IMG/VR virus record: IMGVR_UViG_3300044630_005137
Span: 1-64,000 of that record
Source of the DNA: a virus
DNA: 64,000 nucleotides
Direction: 5' to 3' (one strand)
Made by a program: the position numbers and the translations under genes. Below the pieces are notes generated by a model that did no database searches, had not been told where the DNA came from, and was given only the letters and a program-made list of their open reading frames with translations. Below are positions 46,401 to 56,283 of the stretch, one piece after another. Position 1 is the first letter of the stretch; the number at the start of each line of letters is the position of its first letter.

Positions 46401-47943
46401 TATCTGTTATGTCTAAAATAAATCCATCTGAATATTCATCTCCTTCGTTATTGGTAGCTTTTATTTTTAGCTCATAAGATTTATTTGCCGTAAGTCCCGT
46501 AATTGTAGTTGGAGATGTTGTAATCAGTTTATTAAATTGGCCTGTGTCTGATGTGGCGTAAAGACGGTAGGTTGTTACAGACCCGCCATCTCCCTTATTG
46601 CCACCATAGTCCCACAGTGGGTCAAAGTATACAGAGATTGAGGTATTAGAAGCTTTTGTTGCATTAAGAATTACTGGTTTTTCCGCTTTAGTAGATGTAA
46701 GAATTTCGTTTGAAGTTACGCTTGTTAGGGTATAGCCAGCTGAGTTATGAGACCAAATCTTATGAGTAACAAAATACCCTCCATAATTTGCTGCATATGG
46801 GGAGCTAGTAATACTTGTATTTGGCCATGTATCAGACAAAGTGTTCCATGTTACTCCGCCATAATTTCCAGAAGAATTAACGTAAGCATACTGAACTCTA
46901 TAGTAATCAACTGCTTGAGGGTCTAAAAGTGGAGGGCTCCATGTTACAGTAATCTCTGCATTATTATAAGGTCTTCCCGAAGTTTGTGTTGCTACAACAT
47001 TTCTTACTGGTCCTGGCAAAGAAACTCCTGTTGTAAAATCTACTCTCATAAAATCTTGTGTAGGATTGGCTGTTGATGACCAACCATCTTGACATATAAC
47101 TGTAATTTCTGCAGTATACGTTACTCCAGTTTCTAAAAGAGTTGGTTCGTTTATAGTTATAGTTTGCTGATTAATTAACACATCATCGTCATATATAAGC
47201 TCATCAGTTTCATAATCATAAATTCTAATTGTTTGTTTAAATAAATCTTCAACTGGTGAATCTACAACATTTCCATCTAATGTCCAAGAAAACTTAGCTC
47301 CATATGAAGTCTCATTACTTACAGTAAATGTATTTATTATTGGGCCATGCGTCATTCTTGGCATTATTGCTTCTGTTATATATGTACCTTCAAGATTTTG
47401 TGCATTTGTTGCAACATGCTTAGTTCTATATGAGTATCCTTGCCTAACTCTTGATTTTGGTATAGTATATCTATTAGAGGCAAGTGGTGGGAATTGATCT
47501 AAACCATCTGAGGATAAGTATTCATCATAATTTTTTATGTGTGTCTGTATCGCAGACCATGATCCGCCTGGAGGCTTTTCTTGTATTTGAATATTAAAGT
47601 TAATTGGCTCTTCCGCCCAGTATCCACGAGTTGTATACAGCTTAGTATTTGGCTGGAGCATAGGGTTGTCTGGGTCTGTATTAACTGCAACAAGGTACGG
47701 GTATGGAACTAATGGTGCTGGTACAGATAAGGAAGTAAATATTAAATCCCATAGTCCTGCGCCAGCATACCTCCAAGCAGTTTTTATTCTTAGCCAACCA
47801 TCTACAATCCATGGATTTGAGCTCGATGCAGAAGATATGGTATCCGAAATAGAAGCCTTTCTCCATATGCTTTGAATTTTGATCCAGCCATTAATATTAT
47901 GAGAACCGTTATCTACTGCACTTGCTTTTCTCCACCAAGACAT
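43474..47943 (-). CDS. tail fibre/adhesin with multiple FN3/Ig-like domains and a PPFF/PPHF array
   Basis: repeated W..P..YRVQY..A.N..G FN3 motifs; position in tail module. Confidence 0.85.
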   Translation of the reverse strand: MSWWRKASAVDNGSHNINGWIKIQSIWRKASISDTISSASSSNPWIVDGWLRIKTAWRYAGAGLWDLIFTSLSVPAPLVPYPYLVAVNTDPDNPMLQPNTKLYTTRGYWAEEPINFNIQIQEKPPGGSWSAIQTHIKNYDEYLSSDGLDQFPPLASNRYTIPKSRVRQGYSYRTKHVATNAQNLEGTYITEAIMPRMTHGPIINTFTVSNETSYGAKFSWTLDGNVVDSPVEDLFKQTIRIYDYETDELIYDDDVLINQQTITINEPTLLETGVTYTAEITVICQDGWSSTANPTQDFMRVDFTTGVSLPGPVRNVVATQTSGRPYNNAEITVTWSPPLLDPQAVDYYRVQYAYVNSSGNYGGVTWNTLSDTWPNTSITSSPYAANYGGYFVTHKIWSHNSAGYTLTSVTSNEILTSTKAEKPVILNATKASNTSISVYFDPLWDYGGNKGDGGSVTTYRLYATSDTGQFNKLITTSPTTITGLTANKSYELKIKATNNEGDEYSDGFILDITDRTPVATPVSAVLSLQAGPAGRPGSTYRITAPSFTNLPTEYYFQYEVNNQGANSYVNSGWISNSYWDYTFLTETSNTLSGIVYARNIYATSAGVYTSTSVPVLKYKPSDPTITTSSTTSSWSIGVVFGANTTSVEIEYGSTINYGTIATLTSSRTFTPVGPFPSNTTYYYRITPFNSSSPGDSITGSVTTQVILTAPGPARNVSIQNVAFRSYGEGQISISWEAPLNNGGSAIDYYRVQYAYDYDLSTWYTLSDTWAATSMTAGPFPDSYTIRAKVFAHNAQGYSVSEVSPAPGAYINTKAEAPSLLTATKSSSTSIATTFTPSIIYGGTKNTGGSDVIYYLRTSSILGPTSKQVTTSPSTITGLTAGYDYTVFIRASNDQGTVDSNTITVGLVNAPSLISAPEVTPSSGTAGSTQYSTTNGSWSGSPTGYTYSWRYRETSVIYPAAPGTNNQSTYTPPANFVSLYGNTLRCVVTAINGGGSTPANSNDVTVSAPVSAPVGSVSISPSGTVQARTQITATSSFTNSPTSSYIEIRKATGANPTQSSTLVTSSASTQVSHTITDSEASGTPDRFIAFAYASNSGGTSPTYSSNIITSTPYVPPALAPTGGSASVSPASGTYGSTTFTASTSGWSGSQTITYAYSWQRFLSNGSWQEVATGSTFSPTVAQGTTALSWRLFVTASNGISPNGTATATFTVQNPTVAIPSGGSVTLTGTSTVGSIISAATSGWSPTPTSYETIITTALYPTIPTDLSTVVATGTTSASYTITSNDAISPENIFRSFARATNSSGTSSYVSSTNTITATAANTPPFFPPHFPPFFPPFFPPHFPPFFPPHFPPFFPPFFPPHFPPFFPPHFPPFFPPFFPPHFPPFFPPHFPSTTPAVPTGLTAYLSGSNTQLSWNAVSGATSYELYWGTSATKPSSSATIDYPQPGQPLITSEVFTAPISNQYYWFIRARNSAGVSGWSNGAFTSAIGPS
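43777..43980 (-). repeat. perfect 12-bp minisatellite, 17 units (10 PPFF + 7 PPHF), with a 60-bp higher-order period
   Basis: CCACCGTTCTTC (A) / CCACCACACTTC (B) in order (ABAAB)3AB. Confidence 0.97.
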
Positions 47944-50900
47944 TAAGCTTTCCTACTTAATACTATGTCTCCAACAGAAAACGCTTTAGTTCCTTGCTCT
48001 TTTCCAGGGAATGAAGGAATATCGCCTCTAGTTAGTGCGTTTCCAGGATAATTATTTCCAGCATAAAAGAATGCTCTGCCAACTGTCAATGTTCCGTCCG
48101 CAGCCTGTACTATTGTTGGATCTCCAGCAGTTCCATCTCCATTATCTTGGACATTCATCTTAATTCTAAATTTAGATATAGCTTCGGCACCTGGATTAAA
48201 TGTTAATGTAGATCCATCATAAGTAATCATTCCTCCTGCTAGTCTAAAAGACCCCGCTGGTTTTGTTATTCCGTTTACAGATGGCAACATTTTGCTTGCA
48301 CCTAATATAAAATCATTTGAAAAACTTTCTCCTGTTCCTAAAAATATATTAGATGCAACTAAATCTGTTTGAACATTAAAGGTTCCATTTGGATTTTGTG
48401 TAGTAGGTGTTGCATAAGTTATTTTTCCTCCTGCTAATCTAAATGCTCCAGTAGAAGATATGTAATCAACGCCTCCTGGGTTTCCGCTTCCTTCACCAGG
48501 GTAAGTTGTGTTCCAAACTGCAGGGTCCATAAAATAATGATTTGATCCAACTATGTTTCCACCAATAATAGATCCCTGGAGGCCATCAAGTTTTACTTTT
48601 GGAGTAGCATTTGGATTTTCATCAGAGTCCATAAAAGACTGTATGGATGGTCCATTTATCTTCCATCCGCTAGTTATCTTTTTGCTTGTTGTATTATATA
48701 ATCCAAAATACCCAGCGCGGGCTTGGATTACTCCATATATTGTTGCTTCCTTTGCAATTAAAGAACCACCATATGTTACTGAGAAATTAGGACCAGGTGT
48801 TCCTGTTCTACTTCCGCCTGCCCAAATAGCAATATCTGATAAAGTTGTTGTATTATAAAAGCCAATATCTTCTCCATTATTAATTGAATTAGCATCAATA
48901 GTCCATCCGCCGATGCTTCCCTTCTTGGCTATAATTCCGTTAATAGGATCTAGTTGTGCGTAAACACCATTTGTTGTATTTGTTACTTGGATACCAGCCC
49001 CAACTGTGGCTCCAAGGCTTTGTGAAGATAATGTTCCTACCTCTATCTTTCCACCTGTTGTACCAGGAACGGTAACTCTTAACTGACCAGCCACTAGAGT
49101 ATCCTGTCCATTAACTTTAATGGTTCCACCAATATCCATTGATCCCAAAATACCAGATGAAGCTTTTATTGTTCCACTAAGCTCTGCATCTATAGCTTTG
49201 ACTAGTCCGTTTGTATTAACTTCAAAATTAGATCCAACTTTTATAGTTCCGCCTAAAACATTTATATTTCTTGCTATAACAGATCCATCTGGCTTTACAG
49301 AAAATTTTGCATCTTGATTAGCATTAACAGAATATCCTCCAGGTACTCCTGCGCCCGCCCAAAAAGAATAAGTACCACTAGGAGATAAACCAGTAAATGT
49401 TCCAGCGACTGCTCCAACGTTTGCTATAGCGTTACCAGTATTTTCAATTTTACTAGTAGATATAATCCAATCTGCTATCTTAGCTTTTTGTGTAATAAAT
49501 GTAGCAGGCGTTAGGTTTGGATATGCAGGATCATACTTTCCAATAATTTGGGTTGTTGGATTTGTTCCATTTAAATCGTTATCGTCATACAAGAATAAAC
49601 CACGTTTGTTTATTAACATTCTTGCTCCAGATAAAACTGGATCATCATTTTCATCTAGCGTTCCCGCAAATATAGAACCCTCTGTTTTTATCTTGATTGG
49701 ATTTTCAATTAAAGAAAGTGCTCCTACATCAATTGGGGTTACTGCATGTGCGATAGATAGTGCTGATATACCTTCTTCGCAATTCCATAGTCCCTTTACC
49801 CAAACTTCAGTACCAGCATTTAGGTCATCATAAATTGCTACGGGGCTTGAATTTGAAGAGCCAACTTGTGAATATGTACCATTTTCAGATGAGCTTTGAT
49901 AGATTATAATTCCAGTAGCAGCTGCATTAAAATTTGAAGAAACAGTATATCCATTAGCTGCTGGAGTAACAGATATTGTTGTAATAATTCCAGTAAGTGG
50001 GTTTGGTTTTACTTGAGTTGCTATATTAGATATGGCAACCTGTGTTGTATTTTCATTTCTATATATATCTAAATCAGTTACGTAGCCGCCTGAAAAAGAG
50101 CTTGGGCTTTCTCCGAAAGATTCAATAAGTTTAGCTCTGGTAATTTTAACTGAGGTAGAAGCAGAAGCTGCTGCAGAAACTGGATACTCAAAGGATCTGG
50201 TTTTTGTTCCAGATGTTAGGTGCACCTTTACATATGATGGAAGATTAATTGCTGGCATAGTAAATGAAACATCTAGGTCTCTTACGTTCCATGCTGCTAA
50301 TGGATTTATAACTGGGTCTGGTGGAATGTCATCAAAAACTATCTGGTCGTAGGCTTTTGCCTCAACAATAGCCGAGTCAACAGACTGGCAACCAGAATCC
50401 GACAAATGATTTAATTTAACATATACAGTATTCAATGTGTATAAAGTTATAGATGCTGGTCCAAAGCCTGTGTATCTACGAACCCAATTATATGGAGATG
50501 CTGTTTCTGAAACATAAACTCTAGTTTCTCTATATGTTCCAAGCTTGGTTGCTGGGTCTTGCCATGAAACAATTATTCCGCTATCAGCGCTTATAACAGT
50601 TGGTGTAGCTGTTGCAGATACACATACTGGATCAGTATAAACTGGTATAACAAATGGGCAATCATCAGATGAACCGTCTCCATATATACTTGTTATCTTT
50701 CCAGTTATTGTTGTTTGAAATACTCCGCCAAAGTTAGCCATGTTATTTGCTTGGCTAAGCGTATAACTATATTCATTAACGCCAGATTTTGCAGCGAAAG
50801 GAATAAAGATTGGCTCTTCACCAGCTGCCGTTAAGGTAAGTTGAAAAAGTTTTATCCTGTTGTCACGAGTTACATTGTCTGCTAAAAATGGTTTCTCCCA

Positions 50901-51149
50901 GGAAACCTTTAAGTCTGCAGTTGCATCATTCCATACTGCAACAACATTGATTGGGCATGTTCTTCTTGGTCCAGGAGTTCTAAAGTTAAACCTATCAGAA
51001 AATTCGCTTGTTCCAGAAGACTTGTCACTAAATATCCATGCTATTTGAAGGGCGTAGTCAGTACTACAATCTAAGTCTGGGATTACAACATCCCAGTAAT
51101 CTCCATCTTGCTTTTGAGTTATTCCTAGATCTTCATATTGTTCTGACAT
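47943..51149 (-). CDS. minor tail protein (FN3-like N-terminus, GxIGGW beta-repeat C-terminus)
   Basis: tail module synteny; KGSIGGWTI, AKIADWII repeats. Confidence 0.75.
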   Translation of the reverse strand: MSEQYEDLGITQKQDGDYWDVVIPDLDCSTDYALQIAWIFSDKSSGTSEFSDRFNFRTPGPRRTCPINVVAVWNDATADLKVSWEKPFLADNVTRDNRIKLFQLTLTAAGEEPIFIPFAAKSGVNEYSYTLSQANNMANFGGVFQTTITGKITSIYGDGSSDDCPFVIPVYTDPVCVSATATPTVISADSGIIVSWQDPATKLGTYRETRVYVSETASPYNWVRRYTGFGPASITLYTLNTVYVKLNHLSDSGCQSVDSAIVEAKAYDQIVFDDIPPDPVINPLAAWNVRDLDVSFTMPAINLPSYVKVHLTSGTKTRSFEYPVSAAASASTSVKITRAKLIESFGESPSSFSGGYVTDLDIYRNENTTQVAISNIATQVKPNPLTGIITTISVTPAANGYTVSSNFNAAATGIIIYQSSSENGTYSQVGSSNSSPVAIYDDLNAGTEVWVKGLWNCEEGISALSIAHAVTPIDVGALSLIENPIKIKTEGSIFAGTLDENDDPVLSGARMLINKRGLFLYDDNDLNGTNPTTQIIGKYDPAYPNLTPATFITQKAKIADWIISTSKIENTGNAIANVGAVAGTFTGLSPSGTYSFWAGAGVPGGYSVNANQDAKFSVKPDGSVIARNINVLGGTIKVGSNFEVNTNGLVKAIDAELSGTIKASSGILGSMDIGGTIKVNGQDTLVAGQLRVTVPGTTGGKIEVGTLSSQSLGATVGAGIQVTNTTNGVYAQLDPINGIIAKKGSIGGWTIDANSINNGEDIGFYNTTTLSDIAIWAGGSRTGTPGPNFSVTYGGSLIAKEATIYGVIQARAGYFGLYNTTSKKITSGWKINGPSIQSFMDSDENPNATPKVKLDGLQGSIIGGNIVGSNHYFMDPAVWNTTYPGEGSGNPGGVDYISSTGAFRLAGGKITYATPTTQNPNGTFNVQTDLVASNIFLGTGESFSNDFILGASKMLPSVNGITKPAGSFRLAGGMITYDGSTLTFNPGAEAISKFRIKMNVQDNGDGTAGDPTIVQAADGTLTVGRAFFYAGNNYPGNALTRGDIPSFPGKEQGTKAFSVGDIVLSRKA

Positions 51150-51150
51150 A

Positions 51151-52011
51151 CTAAACTCCGAACGATAGGTCTAGTTTAAATTCTATTGATGCTTCTCTTC
51201 CAATTACTTTGATCATGGTTGAATCTAAAATAGATCTAGCAATTAATCCGTATGCTGGATCAAAGGTGTCCTCATCATTGATTCTAAGACCATCCATTGA
51301 TACAGATGTTTGAGCAGTTGTTGGTGTAACAACAATACCTAGCTTAACAACACTTTGTGGATTAAATGTTCCTGTTGATACTCCAGTAGACATATTTAAA
51401 TTCTTTATATTATATCCAAGTGAATGTCCAGTAAATGTGAATTGCAAGTAATCCGTATCTGAGCTATACAACTTAACCTTTAATGATGAAAGATTTGCAT
51501 CGTTTACCTTATAAGAAAATGATAATGTATCTGATGGATTGTATCCAGATACATCCATTGTTCCAAGATCATATGTGTATTCTTTTGGCAACGCCGCATT
51601 TGATGTAAATATTAATGAGCTATCTCCAACTCTATAATCAGTTTGATCTAATGCTGGCTCTGGGCTCCATTTGTATGGCAATTCAAAATCAGACAAGAAC
51701 TTGCTATCATATAAATTTCTTGTATAAGATTGCCCAGAGTATATTCCAATCTCATTAATTTTGCCTGCAATGTTTGTAGGAAGTGTAGCTGAATATATGA
51801 CTGTATACTTTACTGGTGATACAGATGTGTCTATATCTATTCCGCCTTGTCTAATTGGAACTCTATAAAATTCAAATCCTAATCTTGAGTTTGTATCAGA
51901 TAAAGCATACTCGGCATTTGTTGAAATTCCTAATGCCATCTCTTTTGAACTAAAAGAGGAATTGCCAGCAACAAAGTTGGTTAAGAATCTTTTTCCAAAC
52001 TTAGTTATCAT
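51151..52011 (-). CDS. tail/baseplate structural protein
   Basis: MITKFGKRFL..LGFEFYR..INEIGIY. Confidence 0.7.
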   Translation of the reverse strand: MITKFGKRFLTNFVAGNSSFSSKEMALGISTNAEYALSDTNSRLGFEFYRVPIRQGGIDIDTSVSPVKYTVIYSATLPTNIAGKINEIGIYSGQSYTRNLYDSKFLSDFELPYKWSPEPALDQTDYRVGDSSLIFTSNAALPKEYTYDLGTMDVSGYNPSDTLSFSYKVNDANLSSLKVKLYSSDTDYLQFTFTGHSLGYNIKNLNMSTGVSTGTFNPQSVVKLGIVVTPTTAQTSVSMDGLRINDEDTFDPAYGLIARSILDSTMIKVIGREASIEFKLDLSFGV

Positions 52012-52346
52012 TCTGTTCCCCCTTGAGCATCTGCTATTGTTATTGCATAAAGGAAGCCATCTATTGCTTCTTCACTTGAATTATAAATTCTAAACTTTGC
52101 TTTTGCTCTTTGCATTCCAGATGAATCTTCATACAACTCAAAACCTTTTAGAACTATGTCCGAAAGCTGTGGCCTTTTGCCTTCCTTTGGGTCTGGATCT
52201 CCACCGTTGTCGCCCTCTGAATTTCCAGTTGAAAATGGAAATGGCCTGGAAAGTGTTCTTGTTTCTCCGACCTTACCCTTCCATACTGTAGCAAGGCGTG
52301 GGTCATCGTCAAATATGACCGCAATTTTTCCTACTTCAATTCCCAT
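52008..52346 (-). CDS. hypothetical tail-module protein
   Basis: ORF track; TGGTATAAT 6 nt upstream. Confidence 0.65.
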   Translation of the reverse strand: MGIEVGKIAVIFDDDPRLATVWKGKVGETRTLSRPFPFSTGNSEGDNGGDPDPKEGKRPQLSDIVLKGFELYEDSSGMQRAKAKFRIYNSSEEAIDGFLYAITIADAQGGTE

Positions 52347-52369
52347 TTATTTATTATACCATTACGTTA

Positions 52370-55300
52370 TTAGATTGCTCTACACGAAATTGAGGTACTT
52401 AGCCCCTCCCTATACTCTAAAGTACATTTAGTTATTACATACTTATTGCTAGACTGAGTCATTCCTAATATCGGATAATTTATGCTAACAATATCCCCAG
52501 CAGATAAAATTGGATTTCCAAAGACTGTCATATCAACAAATCTACCTTTATTTAAAGAGTTTGATTTAATCCAATTTGCAAGCTTTTCTGCGTCCTGTTC
52601 ATTTTGAATCCATGAGGAATCAAATATTACAGACTCTTTATTTTTAGGGTCATCTGACTGATCTGTATTATAATCTATGGCGGAGGATCTACTAATACTA
52701 TTTCCAAGTATATAGAAGGTTGTATAATTACTATCGTGTAAAACAACTGAAGTAGAGGTGTTGTTTAAAACGTATGCCTCAGCTGTAAATGGCTGCAACC
52801 TTTTATCAAGTACTGTGACGTAAGGATTATTGGGAGTTCTAACCATAATAGGCAGGGCTGGCCTGTCGTCATAAGGAACTTTTATTTTTCTTATTTCTCT
52901 TGCAGTTGTTCCAAACTCCATAAGGCCCACCTCCTGTTCAGGAGTAGTGTCCGCATCATTATAAATTATATCTCCATATAACATAGAAATTGTATCGTCA
53001 GAATAATTTCCATTGTGCCTGTATGACTGCAAACTACTATTTTTTTTATAAAGATCTTCATTGATACTTTTCCCGTATAAGAAATCAAAGAAGGCAATTC
53101 CCTGCCCACAATGCAGCGCTAAATTTTTTGTTATACCAATTGGTGGGATATATTGATTAAAAGAATCATTTCCCTGATCAACTGCTACTATCTTAAACCC
53201 ATTAATAAAAACAGTAATTGTATTTTTAACTAATTGCCCCGACGTGGTTTGCGCCTTAACAAGCACGTCTATGCTGTAAGAACTACCTGCCATTATTCCA
53301 CTCAGCTTTGTTGAATCAGATTGTTGACTATCTTTTAAAACAGTAAGTTTATTATTTTGAATCTTGACAATCATTATATCTTTTTCTAATTTTGCAAAAG
53401 CTGATGTACGAACTATTACATAATAACCATTTTTGCCAGTTGAGTCTAGGCAAAATCCTATGCCTCCAACCTGTTCTGGGCTCATAGCCTGACTATCAAA
53501 AAACATTCTAGTACCGCAAGCCATGTATAAAGATCCTGTATTAATTGAATTAAATGGCTTCAACACCAAGCTATACATTTTTTTATCTCTGTCTAAATTT
53601 GATACCATAAGAAAGCTTTTGGACAGTGTATCAAATTTTGAATTTGCTGGTGCAGTTATATACCCTTCACGAACTTTTAATTGTGCAACATCTGGAGTCG
53701 CTAACGTAACTGTGTACCTGTTAAATTTATTCGCATCTGTTTCGCCTGGATTATTAATGTAAGAGGATAAACTTTTTTTGTGATTCTTTTTAGATGTTTT
53801 AAAAGCTTCCCTTGTTTTAATATTATACTCCCCAGTTGGATAAAAATTTTTATATCCTGGTTTTGCCAAAGCTTGATACTTCCAAAAATCTGACTGGGTT
53901 TTCATTAGAACTCTAACTGGAGGCTTGTCACGTGCTGGAGTAAAAGAGTAATCTTTTTCTGCGGGAACATATTGATACCAAAGTCCGTCGTACTCAATGA
54001 TCTCGTCATTAATTAAAACGTATCCGCTAAAAGCATCAAGGACCTTGTCAATTCTTGCTGAATTTATTGTGTTTGGAGTTAGCTTAAATGTTGTACTATT
54101 GTCATTAATATCTTCATCAAGTTTTCCAGCTCCAAGAAAAGAATCTGCTGAAGTCCAAAGTGGCGAGCTAGAATTACTATTTACAGCAACAGATGCCGAA
54201 GAGTATCTAACTGTAACTTGATTTGCAGAAAATATTTCTCTAGATGATAAATCAATTATATTTGGGGCATAGTCAAGAACATTTGCAGTTTTAACTTCTT
54301 CGCTTGTAAACACCCATTTAGGAGCAATTGTGTTGTCGTATATAACATTTCTGCTGTAAAAATTTAAAACATTATTTTCATCTACAAATGCATTCATTTG
54401 AATATCTCTGCATAGCTCTTGCAATGTTTCCCAAACCGTTTTGTCTCCGTCACACCACCAGTAAAGTAAAGATGTAATTGAATCATCATCAGCTTTTCCA
54501 TCGGTCATTTTTATATTAAATTTATATGTGGAAAAACCAATCGAGTCAAGTATTCTTTTTATTACTGAAGTTACTGGTGAATCTTGAACTAATAATTGTG
54601 GGCACATAGTATCTTGTAATATTTTTGCTGCATCAGTTGCATCAATAGATACGTCTCCAAACTCAGAAATTGTCCAGGAGTTAGCATAAAATACACCTTG
54701 TTTTATTTGTTCTAGCGATACGCCTTCTCCAAGATATACGTATGGTTCTATGATGGTGTTTTTAAATAGATAAACCTTAGTATCGTCTATAATGGGATCT
54801 TTTATGTTATATTCTAAAATTGATCTAGATGTAGGAGAATGAGGTTTAAACAAAGCTAAGCTCAAGTAGTTTGCTGTAATCACTCCAACTGGAACAATTG
54901 AATTATCATCTGCTGTTGTTTCTTTATTAACAGAAAATGATACTATGTCTGAGTCTATTGGTTTTACCCATCTTGGACTAAATTCGATTACCCCTAATAG
55001 TTTACCCGCTTTTGAATTAACTGCAGTTAATGTTATCTTCTTTAAATATTCCGTTGTTGTATATGTAGGAGGCTTGCTTGTTGACCATCCAGTTCCATTA
55101 TAATATATTATTGCTTCCCCGTTAACAAGTGTGGTTCCAGTGACAGATATAGTTGTATTATCTGCCCTAACCCCAGTTATGGTCCATGAAGTTGGGCTGG
55201 AGTGATTAGTTTCAAACCTTGCAATAATTTTATTTGCAGGAACTAGCTTTACTGTAGTCTTTGCTTCATCTAAAAAATATTCTAAAGAAACACTAATGTC

Positions 55301-55681
55301 TTCATCTTTAGGTGCCAGCCAATATTTATACACCATGCTTGGGCCAGGATAATATAGTCTTGGCTTGTCTCCAATAGCTACGTCTCTAGGCTTTTCATAA
55401 AAACTCTGGTCTGGTGTGTCTGTCTGCTTGCCAGTTATAGGATCTTTTGTATAAACTAAATATTTAATTCCTGGGGCTAGAGGTCTAAATGGCTTATAGA
55501 TTGTATCGATTGGAAATAGTTTTTTATATGCATCTGTATAAGTATGTTTTGCAGCTGTAGATGTTGCTTTTATATATTCAACCATAGAGTTTAAGTTATA
55601 CTCCATTGTTGCACCTGCTGAAGTTTTTATAGATGACCCCTTTTTAAGCAAGTCTTTATTTGAAGCGTTTATGGATATCAT
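52370..55681 (-). CDS. large minor tail (hub/Tal-like) protein
   Basis: second gene after tape measure; WETLQELC, FGNPILSAGDIV. Confidence 0.75.
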   Translation of the reverse strand: MISINASNKDLLKKGSSIKTSAGATMEYNLNSMVEYIKATSTAAKHTYTDAYKKLFPIDTIYKPFRPLAPGIKYLVYTKDPITGKQTDTPDQSFYEKPRDVAIGDKPRLYYPGPSMVYKYWLAPKDEDISVSLEYFLDEAKTTVKLVPANKIIARFETNHSSPTSWTITGVRADNTTISVTGTTLVNGEAIIYYNGTGWSTSKPPTYTTTEYLKKITLTAVNSKAGKLLGVIEFSPRWVKPIDSDIVSFSVNKETTADDNSIVPVGVITANYLSLALFKPHSPTSRSILEYNIKDPIIDDTKVYLFKNTIIEPYVYLGEGVSLEQIKQGVFYANSWTISEFGDVSIDATDAAKILQDTMCPQLLVQDSPVTSVIKRILDSIGFSTYKFNIKMTDGKADDDSITSLLYWWCDGDKTVWETLQELCRDIQMNAFVDENNVLNFYSRNVIYDNTIAPKWVFTSEEVKTANVLDYAPNIIDLSSREIFSANQVTVRYSSASVAVNSNSSSPLWTSADSFLGAGKLDEDINDNSTTFKLTPNTINSARIDKVLDAFSGYVLINDEIIEYDGLWYQYVPAEKDYSFTPARDKPPVRVLMKTQSDFWKYQALAKPGYKNFYPTGEYNIKTREAFKTSKKNHKKSLSSYINNPGETDANKFNRYTVTLATPDVAQLKVREGYITAPANSKFDTLSKSFLMVSNLDRDKKMYSLVLKPFNSINTGSLYMACGTRMFFDSQAMSPEQVGGIGFCLDSTGKNGYYVIVRTSAFAKLEKDIMIVKIQNNKLTVLKDSQQSDSTKLSGIMAGSSYSIDVLVKAQTTSGQLVKNTITVFINGFKIVAVDQGNDSFNQYIPPIGITKNLALHCGQGIAFFDFLYGKSINEDLYKKNSSLQSYRHNGNYSDDTISMLYGDIIYNDADTTPEQEVGLMEFGTTAREIRKIKVPYDDRPALPIMVRTPNNPYVTVLDKRLQPFTAEAYVLNNTSTSVVLHDSNYTTFYILGNSISRSSAIDYNTDQSDDPKNKESVIFDSSWIQNEQDAEKLANWIKSNSLNKGRFVDMTVFGNPILSAGDIVSINYPILGMTQSSNKYVITKCTLEYREGLSTSISCRAI

Positions 55682-56283
55682 ACTTGCTCCAGGCTTATGT
55701 TAACACTCCAAAAGGGTTGTATGCCTCTTTTTATTACAGTAAAGTCGCATGAGGTAAACATCATATTGTAAGTATATTTATTTGCCAAGAGGCCAGATGA
55801 TTCCTCTATCATATCTACTGGAAATACTGTTGGGTTTAATTTAATTAAAAATGCACCTTGACCAGCTGCGCTTTCATAAAAAGTTTTTAAATCTTCTGCT
55901 CCCCATCCACCATCAACTGTTTCATTTCTAAATGACGGTATCATTGCCCAAGATATGGATAGGTTTAGTTTATCAGCAATAAAATACTTTCTTAATGTTC
56001 CATTTGACATTCTTTGGCTATTTTCAATTCTATTTGTACTTATAGAAAGAGGATCTCTATTGTGCTCTGTAACTCTTCTAAATTTTGTTGCAGTTGTTTT
56101 ATCGCTAGTTGCAAGACCGTTTTTAGCTGCTGTATGAAAATCATATATATTTCCTGGTGCTGGAATATTTACTCCCTTATAATCAAAAGTGTTGTTAGCT
56201 GTATCAATTGCAAGTGGGTCGGGTGCTTGTATATAGAGAATTGATCCCTTTGATAAATTTTGAAACAATGGGCTCTGTGTCAT
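55678..56283 (-). CDS. distal-tail (Dit-like) protein
   Basis: directly after tape measure; RMSNGTLRKYFIADK, WSVNISLEQV. Confidence 0.7.
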   Translation of the reverse strand: MTQSPLFQNLSKGSILYIQAPDPLAIDTANNTFDYKGVNIPAPGNIYDFHTAAKNGLATSDKTTATKFRRVTEHNRDPLSISTNRIENSQRMSNGTLRKYFIADKLNLSISWAMIPSFRNETVDGGWGAEDLKTFYESAAGQGAFLIKLNPTVFPVDMIEESSGLLANKYTYNMMFTSCDFTVIKRGIQPFWSVNISLEQV

